Of a stretch of 64,000 bases of DNA, positions 38,377-49,106 are shown one piece after another (position 1 is the stretch's first letter; each line of letters opens with the position of its first letter). The position numbers and the translations under genes are program-made. This DNA is from Candidatus Altimarinota bacterium (GTDB taxonomy: Bacteria > Patescibacteriota > Gracilibacteria > UBA4473). The stretch is taken from NCBI GenBank assembly GCA_965231215.1, contig OZ246423.1, positions 448,001 to 512,000 on the forward strand. Reading direction: 5' to 3'. Under the pieces are notes generated by a model. The model was given only the letters and a program-made list of their open reading frames with translations. It was not told the origin of the DNA and did no database searches.

Positions 38377-40830
38377 TTATAACATTTTATTTATTTTTGT
38401 CGAATTTAATAAGGAGCTTAAATCCATCAGTAAAAGTCTAGGGCTTCCACGTCGTATATAAGGGGCTTCTGATTGAACATCAAACCCCCGTGCTGAACCT
38501 CTTCGATCCATAGATTCAAGAGCCGCCTCAACATCAAATTCTCCTTCTCCCGCCAGAATCAATGTAACGCCCAGCTTGTCTGTAAAAATCTTTTGAAGCG
38601 GAGTTTGTAAAGTCATAACAGCATACTGCTTATTATAGGCTTCAAACAACTTACTCTCCCTGTACCAAGTCGTAACCCCATGATAATGTTTGGCCATTAT
38701 CTCACGATTAAAGAGCCTGTGAACTACTCCCATATTCCCTACCTCCACCACCTTACTGAGATCTATATCAATCCCCGTGTTACGCCTGATTTCAGCTTCA
38801 CAACCTTCTTTGTCTTCTGGAAAGTTTTCCAAAATACATCCATAGTTATTCTCATCAACTTTTTTAAGAGACATAAAGGCTAATGGTTCCCCCGTTAAGT
38901 CATCAAAAAGCACACCAAAGACTAAAACATCTGCTTCAATAAAACCTATTTTAGATTCCTTAAAATAAATTCCATTCAGATACTTCCACAGAGTTGTCCC
39001 TCTGTATCTAGTCTTTTGCATTTGCTCAATACTCATAATCTCAAGCCTTGTCTTTTTGGGTCTTAAAAATTCTTTAACTAATGGCTTGTCCAAAACTGAA
39101 ATATTCCCACCACTCAAGGCTGAATGAATAAATCTGCAAGATCTTAACGATATTGGCTTTCCTAACTTTATTTCCATATAGACAACCCGGCCATCCTCTA
39201 GCGGAACCGCCATTTCCTGTCTAAGCGCTGAAAGCTCATTTCCTTCATTCTTTAATACATACTCTTCTGTTTGCAAATGCCCTGTTTGGTGAGCTTTCAT
39301 CACCCAAGAGGCACAAGCCCCACAGTCATCAGGATCTACAAGTCTCATACTATCAATCCCTAAATCGACATAGTCTTCTGCCGTAAAATTTGTACGCAAA
39401 ACTCCTTTTTCATCCGTAAATTTACTGGCAAATTCATACATTCCCTGAACCGATTCTGCTTCAAATTGGTAAACCGCTAAAGCGCCTTTCTTCACCGATT
39501 GGACTAGATATTCGCGCATATCTTCGGCTCTTGGAGGAGAAAAACACGTAAGCACCGCTTTTGCCAAATTTTTAGCCAACGGAGGTAAACTTTGTCTACT
39601 ATCAAAATAAGCTTCAGCCCTTAGGCCTATATCTGCCTCTACTTGATTCATCGCTATTCCTTCTACAGACGATATTTTCTCAATCTTCTCAGCATAAGAT
39701 TCAGAAATCTGAGCACAATCCTCTATAGCCCGAATCATTTCTTCTACTAAATCAACCCCTAAACTTTGCTCTATAGGCCTCCAAGATTCTAAAAGGGCCG
39801 TTACTTTTTCGGTCTCTGTTTTGTAAAAATTTGGATATTCACATAACACTCTCACCTGAGTTTCTGCTAAGTGAAAATCATAATCAAGATATTTTTGGAT
39901 ATCTAGAACCTTATGTATTAAGGCTTCATCTTTGTCATATAAACCTTTTTCTAAAAGAATAAGAGACAAATCCTCCACATAATTTTTTTTCTCTTTATGA
40001 TCATTCATAAAAGCCGCTTCAAGTTTTTGATAGGTTTTAGAATCTTTTCCTACATGGGCTTTTACAAGCATCATATCTAGCTCCATTTCGTTTTCTTCTA
40101 AATTCTCAAACTTCTCAGGAGGTCCATCAAATTTGCTCTTTATAAGTTGGTTAGAGATTTTAAGTTTTTGAATTTGCTCAATATTGGCACTATCAAAAAT
40201 CTTCAATAGCTTTGTAAAAATCCATGGTCTGAAGGGCAAAGGAATAGAATCCAAATGAGATTCTATAGAGTCTAAAACCTGGGCAATCAATGTATTATTA
40301 TCTTCAGAATCAGCTACATAAGGAAGACATTCCAGACTATTAATAAATAAAATTGAAGTCTCTAAAGACGAAGCATAATCTATATACCCTGCTGCCAAAA
40401 TTTCTTTTTGGATACGAAAAGCCTCGGCAAAAAGATGCTCCTCTCCTACCAAAAAAGGAATTTGTTCCGCTAAGTTTTTAAACCTTTTTCTCTTAAAACA
40501 ATCATCTTGCTCATCTGTTTCTAGTAAAACTAAACCTGAACTTTTCAATAAAGACCTAAAAAGAACCAAATTCTCTGTAGAACAAAGGGCAGCCAAATAC
40601 AGAGCTTGTGATTTTTCAAGTGAAGAATAATCCGGGCTTTGAGAAACTCTATAGAGATTATTGGCGGCTTTAGATTCATCCTTTAGAGCTGGCGTTAAAA
40701 CCGTATCAACAAATTCATCAGAAACGACTTTTACAGTAACAGGCAAAGGTTCATAAGGAGCGTCTGGATACTTCACAAAATCATCAAAAAGTGTTTGGAA
40801 TCTTAAATAGATATCCTCTCTTTCAAGCAT
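38377..40830 (-). CDS. Helical + PAS-like + thermostable-hemolysin-like (LuxI/GNAT fold) protein
   Basis: PAS-like segment LVDPDD...EEYVLKNEGN...PLEDGRVV. C-terminal ILENF..EAEIRRNTG....KVVEVGNM and YAVMTLQTPLQKIF.KLGV. Confidence 0.55.
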   Translation of the reverse strand: MLEREDIYLRFQTLFDDFVKYPDAPYEPLPVTVKVVSDEFVDTVLTPALKDESKAANNLYRVSQSPDYSSLEKSQALYLAALCSTENLVLFRSLLKSSGLVLLETDEQDDCFKRKRFKNLAEQIPFLVGEEHLFAEAFRIQKEILAAGYIDYASSLETSILFINSLECLPYVADSEDNNTLIAQVLDSIESHLDSIPLPFRPWIFTKLLKIFDSANIEQIQKLKISNQLIKSKFDGPPEKFENLEENEMELDMMLVKAHVGKDSKTYQKLEAAFMNDHKEKKNYVEDLSLILLEKGLYDKDEALIHKVLDIQKYLDYDFHLAETQVRVLCEYPNFYKTETEKVTALLESWRPIEQSLGVDLVEEMIRAIEDCAQISESYAEKIEKISSVEGIAMNQVEADIGLRAEAYFDSRQSLPPLAKNLAKAVLTCFSPPRAEDMREYLVQSVKKGALAVYQFEAESVQGMYEFASKFTDEKGVLRTNFTAEDYVDLGIDSMRLVDPDDCGACASWVMKAHQTGHLQTEEYVLKNEGNELSALRQEMAVPLEDGRVVYMEIKLGKPISLRSCRFIHSALSGGNISVLDKPLVKEFLRPKKTRLEIMSIEQMQKTRYRGTTLWKYLNGIYFKESKIGFIEADVLVFGVLFDDLTGEPLAFMSLKKVDENNYGCILENFPEDKEGCEAEIRRNTGIDIDLSKVVEVGNMGVVHRLFNREIMAKHYHGVTTWYRESKLFEAYNKQYAVMTLQTPLQKIFTDKLGVTLILAGEGEFDVEAALESMDRRGSARGFDVQSEAPYIRRGSPRLLLMDLSSLLNSTKINKML

Positions 40831-40847
40831 TAAAAAATTAAAAAATA

Positions 40848-41168
40848 TTAAGTCAAATTGTCTTTAGGGTCCGAATAAAGTACATGATTTGCCACCTCTA
40901 ATGATTCAAAATGATTAATCCCCATTTCTTGAGCTACCTTTAAACAATCTTGCTGCATTTCAGGTTTCCCTTCATAGTGTTTATACACTCTAGCAAAAGC
41001 TTGTTGAACCGTTTGGGGGTCCTTTTGGTACAGATCTTTAAGCGCCCCTAACTTTGCGTCATTGAGACCTTTTTCTTTTTTAACCGCAGAGCGTATTAAA
41101 TCATCTGGAGAATCTTCCTGGGATTGAAGTTTATCATTTTGCCCAGGTTGTTCATTGTGGTGTGTCAT
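40848..41168 (-). CDS. Hypothetical small helical protein
   Basis: 106-aa ORF, co-oriented and closely spaced within the kinase operon. Confidence 0.7.
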   Translation of the reverse strand: MTHHNEQPGQNDKLQSQEDSPDDLIRSAVKKEKGLNDAKLGALKDLYQKDPQTVQQAFARVYKHYEGKPEMQQDCLKVAQEMGINHFESLEVANHVLYSDPKDNLT

Positions 41169-41193
41169 AAGCGAAAGGGGTTAAAAAAAGAAG

Positions 41194-41394
41194 CTATAAA
41201 TTATCTAATTCGGATAAAATATCTTCAGGTCTATTCTTTTCCTTTTTCAAAGTTTGAGTTTCACGCTTCTGTAAAAAAATTCTACGAGCAGTTCCCAAGA
41301 CATCATTGAGAATAACCCCTTGGCGTCTTTTTTCAGCCAATACTTTTTGGATGTCAGATAAAAAGATAAGTTTTGGAATAAATCGAAATAGCAT
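41194..41394 (-). CDS. Hypothetical 66-aa protein (probably leaderless)
   Basis: An extended -10 (TGGTATAAT) lies 8 nt upstream of the ATG. Confidence 0.5.
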   Translation of the reverse strand: MLFRFIPKLIFLSDIQKVLAEKRRQGVILNDVLGTARRIFLQKRETQTLKKEKNRPEDILSELDNL

Positions 41395-41450
41395 CAGCCC
41401 CTATTATACCAGGATTAAAAGCTCATACATAACATAAAATTAATCTAAAT

Positions 41451-42128
41451 TTAACATTCTTCAGAGAGTCTATATCCAAACCCTCTAACCGTATGAATTA
41501 GCTTCTTTTCAAAAGGTTCTTCAACTTTTTGACGTAAGGCCCTAACATGTACATTCAATTTATTGGACAAAACATCTCTATCACCTTCACCCCAAGCGGC
41601 TGTAATCAGTTCTTGAGTACTTACAATTTTATTTTTCTTTCGTATTAGTTCGGTCAGAATAATAAACTCTTTTTTAGTAAGCTGAATGGTTATGCCTGCT
41701 CGGCGCACTACCATATCCGAAAGGTTAAGCGTTAAATTTCCACAGAAGAAAATATTTTTACTTTCCCCATTAGAACGCCGAATCAAACTCTTCACCCGAG
41801 CCACTAACTCTGAAAGAGCAAAGTCTTTTACCAAATAATCATCGGCTCCAAGATTTAAGGTTCGAATTCTGTCATCCACCTCCGATCTCGCTGAAATGAC
41901 TAAGATAGGAACATTGTTTTTTAGAGATCTTAGAGCACTAATGACCTCAAAACCTGATTTCTCAGGCAGCATTAAATCCAAAATGATAACATCATATTTT
42001 TGTGATTTAGCCTTCTGAAAAGCGGTCGTCCCATTATCAGCTGTATCTACTACAAATTGCTCTTTCTGCAGAACCATACAGATCATTTGCTGAATACTCG
42101 CATTATCTTCCACAACTAAGATTTTCAT
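41451..42128 (-). CDS. OmpR-family response regulator
   Basis: Motifs ILVVED, DVIILDLMLP, GADDYLVK, winged helix IHTVRGFGY. Confidence 0.95.
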   Translation of the reverse strand: MKILVVEDNASIQQMICMVLQKEQFVVDTADNGTTAFQKAKSQKYDVIILDLMLPEKSGFEVISALRSLKNNVPILVISARSEVDDRIRTLNLGADDYLVKDFALSELVARVKSLIRRSNGESKNIFFCGNLTLNLSDMVVRRAGITIQLTKKEFIILTELIRKKNKIVSTQELITAAWGEGDRDVLSNKLNVHVRALRQKVEEPFEKKLIHTVRGFGYRLSEEC

Positions 42129-42360
42129 TTAAAGAAAAAGAGGGGGTATAGGCATTTAACTCAAAAGTAGACTAAATATTTTTAACCATTTAGTGAAGCC
42201 TAAAAGCTAAGGCTTCAACATCTTTATTCAAAAAAATAAAAATTGCTTCCCCTACCCTTAATCAAATCTTAACATTAAAAGACTTAAGCGCTTTTAAAAT
42301 AGCTTGCACCCCCCTTTAAAATATCTATAGTCCCCGAGAAGATAATATATATTTAAAACA

Positions 42361-43650
42361 ATGGACAAAGTTATCGATACATTAAAACACATTATGAGCA
42401 CAAAGTCTCTTAGAGACAAGCTGGCCTTTACTGTAGGCATTCTGGTTATTTTTCGAGTACTAGCCCATATTACTATTCCTGGAGCCAATGTAGAAAGTAT
42501 TAAGGCCCTTATAGAACAACAAGGCCAAAGCGCTCTTGGAGTGTTTTCACTTCTTACGGGAGGCGCCATGGAAAACTTTTCTGTCGTACTTATGGGACTG
42601 ACCCCTTACATTAATGCATCCATTATCATGCAGCTTTTGGGGGTAATTGTTCCCAGCCTTGAAAACCTTAAAAAAGAGGGAGAATCAGGCCAAAAGAAAA
42701 TCAATCAATACACCCGATTTTTAACCGTTCCTTTAGCCTTCTTCCAGAGTTATGGAATGATGGTACTGATTAATCGGTTTTCCCCAACGCCAATTGTAGA
42801 TACTTCTGATTTTATGACGGTACTCCCAATGATGTTAACGGTTACCGCTGGAACGGTCTTACTTATGTGGCTCGGAGAACTTATTACTGAAAAAGGGATC
42901 GGAAATGGAATTTCTCTCCTGATTTTTGCAGGAATTGTGTCTACTGTTCCTCAGCAAATTGCAGGGGCTTTCCAGGCTGCGCCACTCCCAATACTACTCC
43001 TACTGATAGCCGCTACTATTGGTCTCACTATCTTTGTGGTCTACGTTACAGAGGCCGAAAGGCGGGTGCCAGTGGTCTATGCCTCCAAGCGAAGTAGCCT
43101 CCAACAAAAATCATTTCTTCCACTAAAGATCAATCAAGCCGGCATGATCCCAATCATCTTTGCTATATCCCTGATTTCTTTTCCTTCTATCGTCGCTCAA
43201 TTTGCCCAGGGCAGTGAAAATCAAATGTTTAACACACTATCAGACTGGGTAGGAGCAAATATAAACCCCGCTAGTCCAGGCGCTATGTATAATATTATGT
43301 ATGCACTTTTGATCTTTGGGTTCACTTTCTTTTATGTTTCTATTGTCTTTGAGCCAAAAAAGATTGCTGAAAATATTCAAAAAAGAAGCGGATTTATTCC
43401 AGGTTACAGACCCGGCAGTGAAACCGAAAAATTCTTAGAAACTACCATGGGACGACTCTGTTTCTGGGGAGGACTTTTCCTTTCAACCGTAGCGATTGCT
43501 CCTCTTGTCTTCCAACAAGCCCTAGGAGGAGGAAGCACCGTAGCCCTCTTCATCTCTGGTGCAGGAATCATCATCGTGGTGTCTGTCGTCCTAGACCTCA
43601 TTCGAAGAATTAATGCTCACCTCGTGATGCATGATTACGACAAACTCTAA
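42361..43650 (+). CDS. secY: Preprotein translocase subunit SecY
   Basis: Motifs PYINASIIMQLL, WLGELITEKGIGNGISLLIF, LPLKINQAGMIPIIFA, FIPGYRPG. Confidence 0.97.
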   Translation: MDKVIDTLKHIMSTKSLRDKLAFTVGILVIFRVLAHITIPGANVESIKALIEQQGQSALGVFSLLTGGAMENFSVVLMGLTPYINASIIMQLLGVIVPSLENLKKEGESGQKKINQYTRFLTVPLAFFQSYGMMVLINRFSPTPIVDTSDFMTVLPMMLTVTAGTVLLMWLGELITEKGIGNGISLLIFAGIVSTVPQQIAGAFQAAPLPILLLLIAATIGLTIFVVYVTEAERRVPVVYASKRSSLQQKSFLPLKINQAGMIPIIFAISLISFPSIVAQFAQGSENQMFNTLSDWVGANINPASPGAMYNIMYALLIFGFTFFYVSIVFEPKKIAENIQKRSGFIPGYRPGSETEKFLETTMGRLCFWGGLFLSTVAIAPLVFQQALGGGSTVALFISGAGIIIVVSVVLDLIRRINAHLVMHDYDKL

Positions 43651-43719
43651 AGTCTCAGTGCATTTGCTTTTGATTTTTATACTAAAGAGGTTATATAAGT
43701 TTATAATCTCTTTTGTCTT

Positions 43720-44373
43720 ATGGATAACAATATTATTTTCTGTCTTCGGAATCTAGATGTATATGCTGGAATTGATGAAGACCAATTTATGAAAGCCGCT
43801 CCACATTCAATTGAGGAGATGGTACCAGCTGGAACGGTTTTCTATCAACATGCTGAACCGGCCGAACATGTATACGTAATCAAGAGCGGTGAAGTAGAAC
43901 TTTTGAGAGAAGAGAATGGGAAAAAGGTAGTGTTAGAAACCCTCCTTCCAGGGGATGTGTTTGGCGATTTTGGGACAGGGGAAAGCAGCCATGCAGCTGT
44001 AGCTACCAGACCCGTAAACATCTGTAAAACCCCTACAGATCAATTTTTAAGTGTGGTAAGCAACCATCCAGAAATCACCCTTCAACTTATGCGTGTCATG
44101 GCCAGTAGAACCCAGGATTATGAAAATAAAATTGCCGCTCTTTCCCGTCCCGCAAAAGACCAGCTACTGCATGAACTCAAAAGACTCAAAGAGAAACATG
44201 AAAGAAGTTTCTTTGGACGATTTATGAGTATTCCCATGCGAATTTCTCATCAAAGATTATCTGAAAAAACGGGGCTTAACCGCGTTACCGTAACTAAACT
44301 CATGGGAGAACTTCGAAGAGATGGCACTATTGATATTGAAGAAACTACTGGCGTAATTAGCCTCAAAGGCTAG
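43720..44373 (+). CDS. Crp/Fnr family transcriptional regulator
   Basis: cNMP-binding fold (YVIKSGEV, PGDVFGD) and HTH SHQRLSEKTGLNRVTVTKL. Confidence 0.9.
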   Translation: MDNNIIFCLRNLDVYAGIDEDQFMKAAPHSIEEMVPAGTVFYQHAEPAEHVYVIKSGEVELLREENGKKVVLETLLPGDVFGDFGTGESSHAAVATRPVNICKTPTDQFLSVVSNHPEITLQLMRVMASRTQDYENKIAALSRPAKDQLLHELKRLKEKHERSFFGRFMSIPMRISHQRLSEKTGLNRVTVTKLMGELRRDGTIDIEETTGVISLKG

Positions 44374-46754
44374 TCTTTTGATTCTACAATAATCTTAGCG
44401 GCCTCAGCTCGATTAAGTGTATTAAAGGGTTTGAAGGTCCCATCTTCATAGCCTTTTACAATCCCTCTTCTGTAAGCCTCTAAAACCCACGGCTTTTCCC
44501 ATCCTACCAAATCTGAGAAAGGCCACTTGTCTTCTAAAATATCAATAGCTTGAATTTCATATCCATCCAAGGCTAAAAGAATTTTTATAGCTTCGGCTCT
44601 TTTTAGAGATTTCTCTGGTCCCACCGTTCCATCAGCAAAACCATTTACAATACCTTTTTCGTGCAGCCATAAAACAGATTTATAATAAGGGTCTTCAGAG
44701 TTCAAATCCGTAAATGGGTTTTCAATCTTAGTAATAAAATCAGTTCCAAAATGATATTCCGCCAACCACTGCATAAACTCTCCACGCGTTACAACCTGAG
44801 CAAACTGCGGATCACCCGTAGCCTCTAGCGGAAAAATATTCTGAGATGATAAAACTTCAATATAAGGGTATCCCCAATGATCTCGTGATTCCCCATTCCA
44901 GTAAAGCCAGTCTGAATTTTGTATTTCAGATCGCCCATGAGCCTCTAAAACTATACACCTAACATCACTACAAAACGCCACATGGTTTCCTTGTCTAAAC
45001 CCTCCAGAAAGTTGGTCACTCAAGCCTAAATAAAGTTGCTTATGAGCCTCTGACCAAGGTTTAATCCTAATAGTTTTAAATTCCTCATCTTGAGATTCAA
45101 ACCCCAACTGAACCAAATAATTTCCTGCTTCATACAAAGGTTTCCCGTCTAAAAGATTGGGAAAGACAAAGGGCTCAAATGACCATACAAAATCCCACCA
45201 CAATTGTGCTTCAAGCGTGTTGAGATACGTACTCAAACTTTGAGGTGAAGCTTGGTGCTCTACCACCTTCAGATTAAAAATTCGGGCCAGAGCCAAAACA
45301 TCTTCTAAAACCGAACTATTGCCTTTTAGGCTATAGTCATTTATGTATTCTAAAATTTTTAATTGTCCCCAAATCCCTGGAACAAAATCAGCCAAAAGTG
45401 AACTTTTTTGATCCTTTTTCAATGTGCGACTGACTGAAAAATTTTTCCCCACAACCCTGTCCCCAAAACCTTCTGGAATTTGGGGATCAAATACCGACCC
45501 CGCAGCCTTCCAGGCATTTAAAAAAGCTTTCTGTTCTACAAAATCAAAAGCGGAATGGAACAACACTATTCTTTGACCTCCTAACACTTTAATCCACGTA
45601 TCTAAACGTTCAGCCTCTGAGCTGTAAAAATCTAAAAGCACCATAGGCATATCAAAATTTTCCCACTTTTCTAGGGTTTCAAATTCAAAATCATTAAAAT
45701 CCCCCACAAGTAAAATTTGATCTGGTCGCTCTTCATTGGTGCTAAGTGCTCTTAACGTTTGATTAAACAAAGCCCAATCAGACGCCCCTCCAGGATCAAT
45801 ACCGCTAAGCTGTTCTTGCCAAAATTTTTGATGCGCGTGAGTATTTTTTTGATACCCATCAGACCACCACTCTGCCTCATTATCAAAAAGTATCCACCTC
45901 ACTTCCAAGGATTCTGGCCACAACCTCACAATATCGGCTAAAACAGATTTGGTTCGAGTCCATTTTTTCCCATACATAGATCCAGATTGATCCAGCATAA
46001 TAACCACTTTCTGAGGTTCCTTTTTTTGTCGTATTCCAAAATCTATCCGATACACAAACTCCCCATGAGGATACACTAAGTACGCTTCGTTGGCTTCACT
46101 CACAAAAAATCTAAAGTTAGTTGTAGGCACAAAATCCTCCGCACTCCAGCTCCAAGCCAAATACTTATCCTCTAAAAGTAATTCACCGCCACTTTCCCAA
46201 GCAGGTATAAAGTGTTTAATTTCAGAAGCTCCCTCACGAATTAGTTTTAAGTCAAAAAGTCCAGTCTCAATTCCATCATTGGTAAATAAAAACGACTGAT
46301 AAAATTTTCCAAAGCTATCGGCATTCTGTACCCATTTAAACTCTAGTTCCACAGTCTCTCCAGCCTCAAGAATGATATTCTCAGCTAAATGCCATTGACT
46401 AAACTGGGCCTCAGTAAGGCCAAAGTAATTTAAATTTTGTGAACTTTTGGCGGTGCTAAAAACCCATTCAGAAGCCTGAACACGATCCAAAGATTGAAGT
46501 GATTTTTGGTTGAGATCCACAAAAAATTGCGGGGGTTTTGCTAGAGCTGTCTGAGGCAGAAGATACTGCAATGTTACCCTTTCAGAACTATTATTAATCA
46601 GGGTTTCAGTCACTTTGACTTGAATTTGATCAGCCCAAGTTTCTAGTACTACACTTTTAGACTCCCGAAAAATATTATCTAAAGGAGCATAAAAAGCCTG
46701 AGCACTATTGACACTCAAAAACAAGAAGCCAACCAAAAATAAACGTATATTCAC
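44370..46754 (-). CDS. Secreted VIT-like + VWA + SLH-domain protein
   Basis: Signal peptide, MIDAS motif MLDQSGSM, SLH motifs GFADGT..RAE and GYEDGTFKP..NRAE. Confidence 0.85.
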   Translation of the reverse strand: MNIRLFLVGFLFLSVNSAQAFYAPLDNIFRESKSVVLETWADQIQVKVTETLINNSSERVTLQYLLPQTALAKPPQFFVDLNQKSLQSLDRVQASEWVFSTAKSSQNLNYFGLTEAQFSQWHLAENIILEAGETVELEFKWVQNADSFGKFYQSFLFTNDGIETGLFDLKLIREGASEIKHFIPAWESGGELLLEDKYLAWSWSAEDFVPTTNFRFFVSEANEAYLVYPHGEFVYRIDFGIRQKKEPQKVVIMLDQSGSMYGKKWTRTKSVLADIVRLWPESLEVRWILFDNEAEWWSDGYQKNTHAHQKFWQEQLSGIDPGGASDWALFNQTLRALSTNEERPDQILLVGDFNDFEFETLEKWENFDMPMVLLDFYSSEAERLDTWIKVLGGQRIVLFHSAFDFVEQKAFLNAWKAAGSVFDPQIPEGFGDRVVGKNFSVSRTLKKDQKSSLLADFVPGIWGQLKILEYINDYSLKGNSSVLEDVLALARIFNLKVVEHQASPQSLSTYLNTLEAQLWWDFVWSFEPFVFPNLLDGKPLYEAGNYLVQLGFESQDEEFKTIRIKPWSEAHKQLYLGLSDQLSGGFRQGNHVAFCSDVRCIVLEAHGRSEIQNSDWLYWNGESRDHWGYPYIEVLSSQNIFPLEATGDPQFAQVVTRGEFMQWLAEYHFGTDFITKIENPFTDLNSEDPYYKSVLWLHEKGIVNGFADGTVGPEKSLKRAEAIKILLALDGYEIQAIDILEDKWPFSDLVGWEKPWVLEAYRRGIVKGYEDGTFKPFNTLNRAEAAKIIVESKD

Positions 46755-46791
46755 ACATCAATTCTATGAAAATAAATATCAGAAACAATCC

Positions 46792-49083
46792 CTACTTCAC
46801 TACTACTTTTTGTTTCTGCTCAGAAATTACCCCATTCTGATCTACTATCTTCAGATTAATGGTATATTCTCCAGGTTCAAAGTACACATGTCGTTGCGCA
46901 TCTGCTCTAAAAACTCGATAAGGTTCTTTGGTAGCTTCGCCAAAACCCCAGACATACTCTCGCACAATACCTTTTGGTATAGCTGGAGTGGCTTTAACTT
47001 CCAATGGAGCTGGTCCGGCTGTAGGTGCGACTCTAAATTCAGCTTTTACTACTGGAGCCCGAGCTGAAACAATTGTTTCAGTAGTAGCGGTTTTCCCCGT
47101 ACTAGTAAGAATAGTCATTTTCACTACATAATTCCCTACTTTTTCAAACAAATAATCAATCTGAGCTCCGTAATTAATAGGCTCTTCTTGGCCTGGAAAT
47201 TCCCAAATATAATTCACAATCTCTCCTTCATCAGTGTAAGAACCAGAACCATCAAAAGTAATAGTGACAGGTGCCGGTCCTGCTGAAGGTTCAGCAACAA
47301 CCTTAGCTACGACCCCGGCTCTTTCTACCTCGATTGGGAAAACTTTTTCATGCTCTCCTTGAGCCGAATCAATAATCACCAACTTCACTTCATAAATACC
47401 GGTTTCTCGAAATACATTTTTAGTGACTTCTCCATACTGATCTACAATACCATCATTATCAAAATCCCACTGCCATTCAGCTGGATCTTTGACCGTAGAT
47501 TGAGAAGAATCAAAGGTTACTTCAAACGGCACAGCCCCACGTAGAATTTTTTGACGGGCTTTAAGTTCTGGCGTGGTTTTGATCACGATTTCGGGTTTTA
47601 GATCTTCTTCAAGAACCACAATTGTTTTTTCGGTTCGTTGTCTTTCTCCCAAGTCATTCTGGATAGTTAATACAATTTTATATTCCCCTGGGTCTCGGAA
47701 AATTCGTTGAAGTTTTCGCCCCAAGACTGGTTCATCTTCTCCTTCTATAAACCATTCAAACTGAGTAATAAGTCCTTCCTTTACAAAAGACTGTGATCCA
47801 TCAAAAGTAATTTTGAGTGGTGGATAGCCTTCTAGTGGATCTTTACTCGTAATAATAGCCTGAAGATCACTTGCAGGCGTCTGTACCGTAATTATTTTTT
47901 CAGCCACATCCGTATCGTTATTTTGACCGGTTACTCTAAGTCTAACTTTGTATTCTCCCACTCGAGCAAAGGTTTCGGTTACCACGGGCGTTTCTTGTCG
48001 AATCTCAAATTCTCCATCATCATCCATATCCCATTCATACAAAATCACTTGTCCATCCGGATCTTTAGACTCCCCCGCATTAAATTCAACCTCCAGGGGG
48101 AATGGCCCTGATTCTGGCCCCGCATTAATTTTGGCCACTACACTTTCATTGGTGATAATTACTTCTCGCTCAGATTTAAAAGACACTTCAGCATTTTCAA
48201 TGCTAGAAAAATAAAATACTTCGGCCGTCACATTAAATCGTCCTTCATTTGCCCCTCTATCTAAGAACCTATAAGTAACCTTAGGCCCAGAAGCATCGGT
48301 CTGCCCATCATTATCAAAATCCCAACTAATCTGACGTATTACACTTGGATTAATCCGTTTAAATAGTTTTTCACCAATATCAAATTCAATCAAGGCAGGA
48401 GCACTCAAGCCAATAACATTGGAAGGCATCGTTGTAATGAGTGAATTATCCACACTCCGACTCCGTGCATCTGTCATCTGAGTGATGATATAGTACAAGA
48501 AGAACCATCCAGAACACGCTAAAATAAAGAAGAATAAAAACAGCAAAAAGCGAGTCATTAACTGCCTTTTATTCTCATCAGATTTACGAGAGATAGCCCA
48601 TCTAAAAATATAAATGAGTGTTGCGATCAAAAACGCCAAAGCCACCGCTCCAAAAATTAAATTGGTAAGGGTTAAAAGCAAATTTTTAAGCCCTGAGGCT
48701 TCAATCCCCAAAGTTTCAAAGAGTGGGTTAGAAGCATTCCCCGTCCATAGAGCCCAGAGTAGCGCCCCATAAAAGGCCATTACTAGCAGTCCCCCAGTAA
48801 TCAAAAAACCAATTAAAAAAATCTGTGATCCTCCCAGACCAGAAGATTCTATTGCTTCAACTTCTTGGGGTTGAGTTTGTGGTTTTGGAGCTTTTTTAGC
48901 GACTGGTTTTTCCTTTTCAGGCACTGGAGCTTCCGTCCGTTTTGGGTTGTTTGGGAAAAGGCCTCCTTCACCATTGTCCTGATTCAGAGCTGACTTCTGA
49001 GTTGAGTCAGAAGGAACTGATTCAGGATTTGGAGTCTCTGAATTTTCAAGATTTGGAGTTTGGTTTTGGTTTTCTTCGCCCAT
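46792..49083 (-). CDS. Membrane-anchored multi-PKD protein
   Basis: Three TM helices followed by about 6 PKD repeats (WDFDNDG, YEWDMDDDG, FDGS.S). Confidence 0.88.
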   Translation of the reverse strand: MGEENQNQTPNLENSETPNPESVPSDSTQKSALNQDNGEGGLFPNNPKRTEAPVPEKEKPVAKKAPKPQTQPQEVEAIESSGLGGSQIFLIGFLITGGLLVMAFYGALLWALWTGNASNPLFETLGIEASGLKNLLLTLTNLIFGAVALAFLIATLIYIFRWAISRKSDENKRQLMTRFLLFLFFFILACSGWFFLYYIITQMTDARSRSVDNSLITTMPSNVIGLSAPALIEFDIGEKLFKRINPSVIRQISWDFDNDGQTDASGPKVTYRFLDRGANEGRFNVTAEVFYFSSIENAEVSFKSEREVIITNESVVAKINAGPESGPFPLEVEFNAGESKDPDGQVILYEWDMDDDGEFEIRQETPVVTETFARVGEYKVRLRVTGQNNDTDVAEKIITVQTPASDLQAIITSKDPLEGYPPLKITFDGSQSFVKEGLITQFEWFIEGEDEPVLGRKLQRIFRDPGEYKIVLTIQNDLGERQRTEKTIVVLEEDLKPEIVIKTTPELKARQKILRGAVPFEVTFDSSQSTVKDPAEWQWDFDNDGIVDQYGEVTKNVFRETGIYEVKLVIIDSAQGEHEKVFPIEVERAGVVAKVVAEPSAGPAPVTITFDGSGSYTDEGEIVNYIWEFPGQEEPINYGAQIDYLFEKVGNYVVKMTILTSTGKTATTETIVSARAPVVKAEFRVAPTAGPAPLEVKATPAIPKGIVREYVWGFGEATKEPYRVFRADAQRHVYFEPGEYTINLKIVDQNGVISEQKQKVVVK

Positions 49084-49106
49084 AAAAAATAATGACTAAA
49101 TATATT

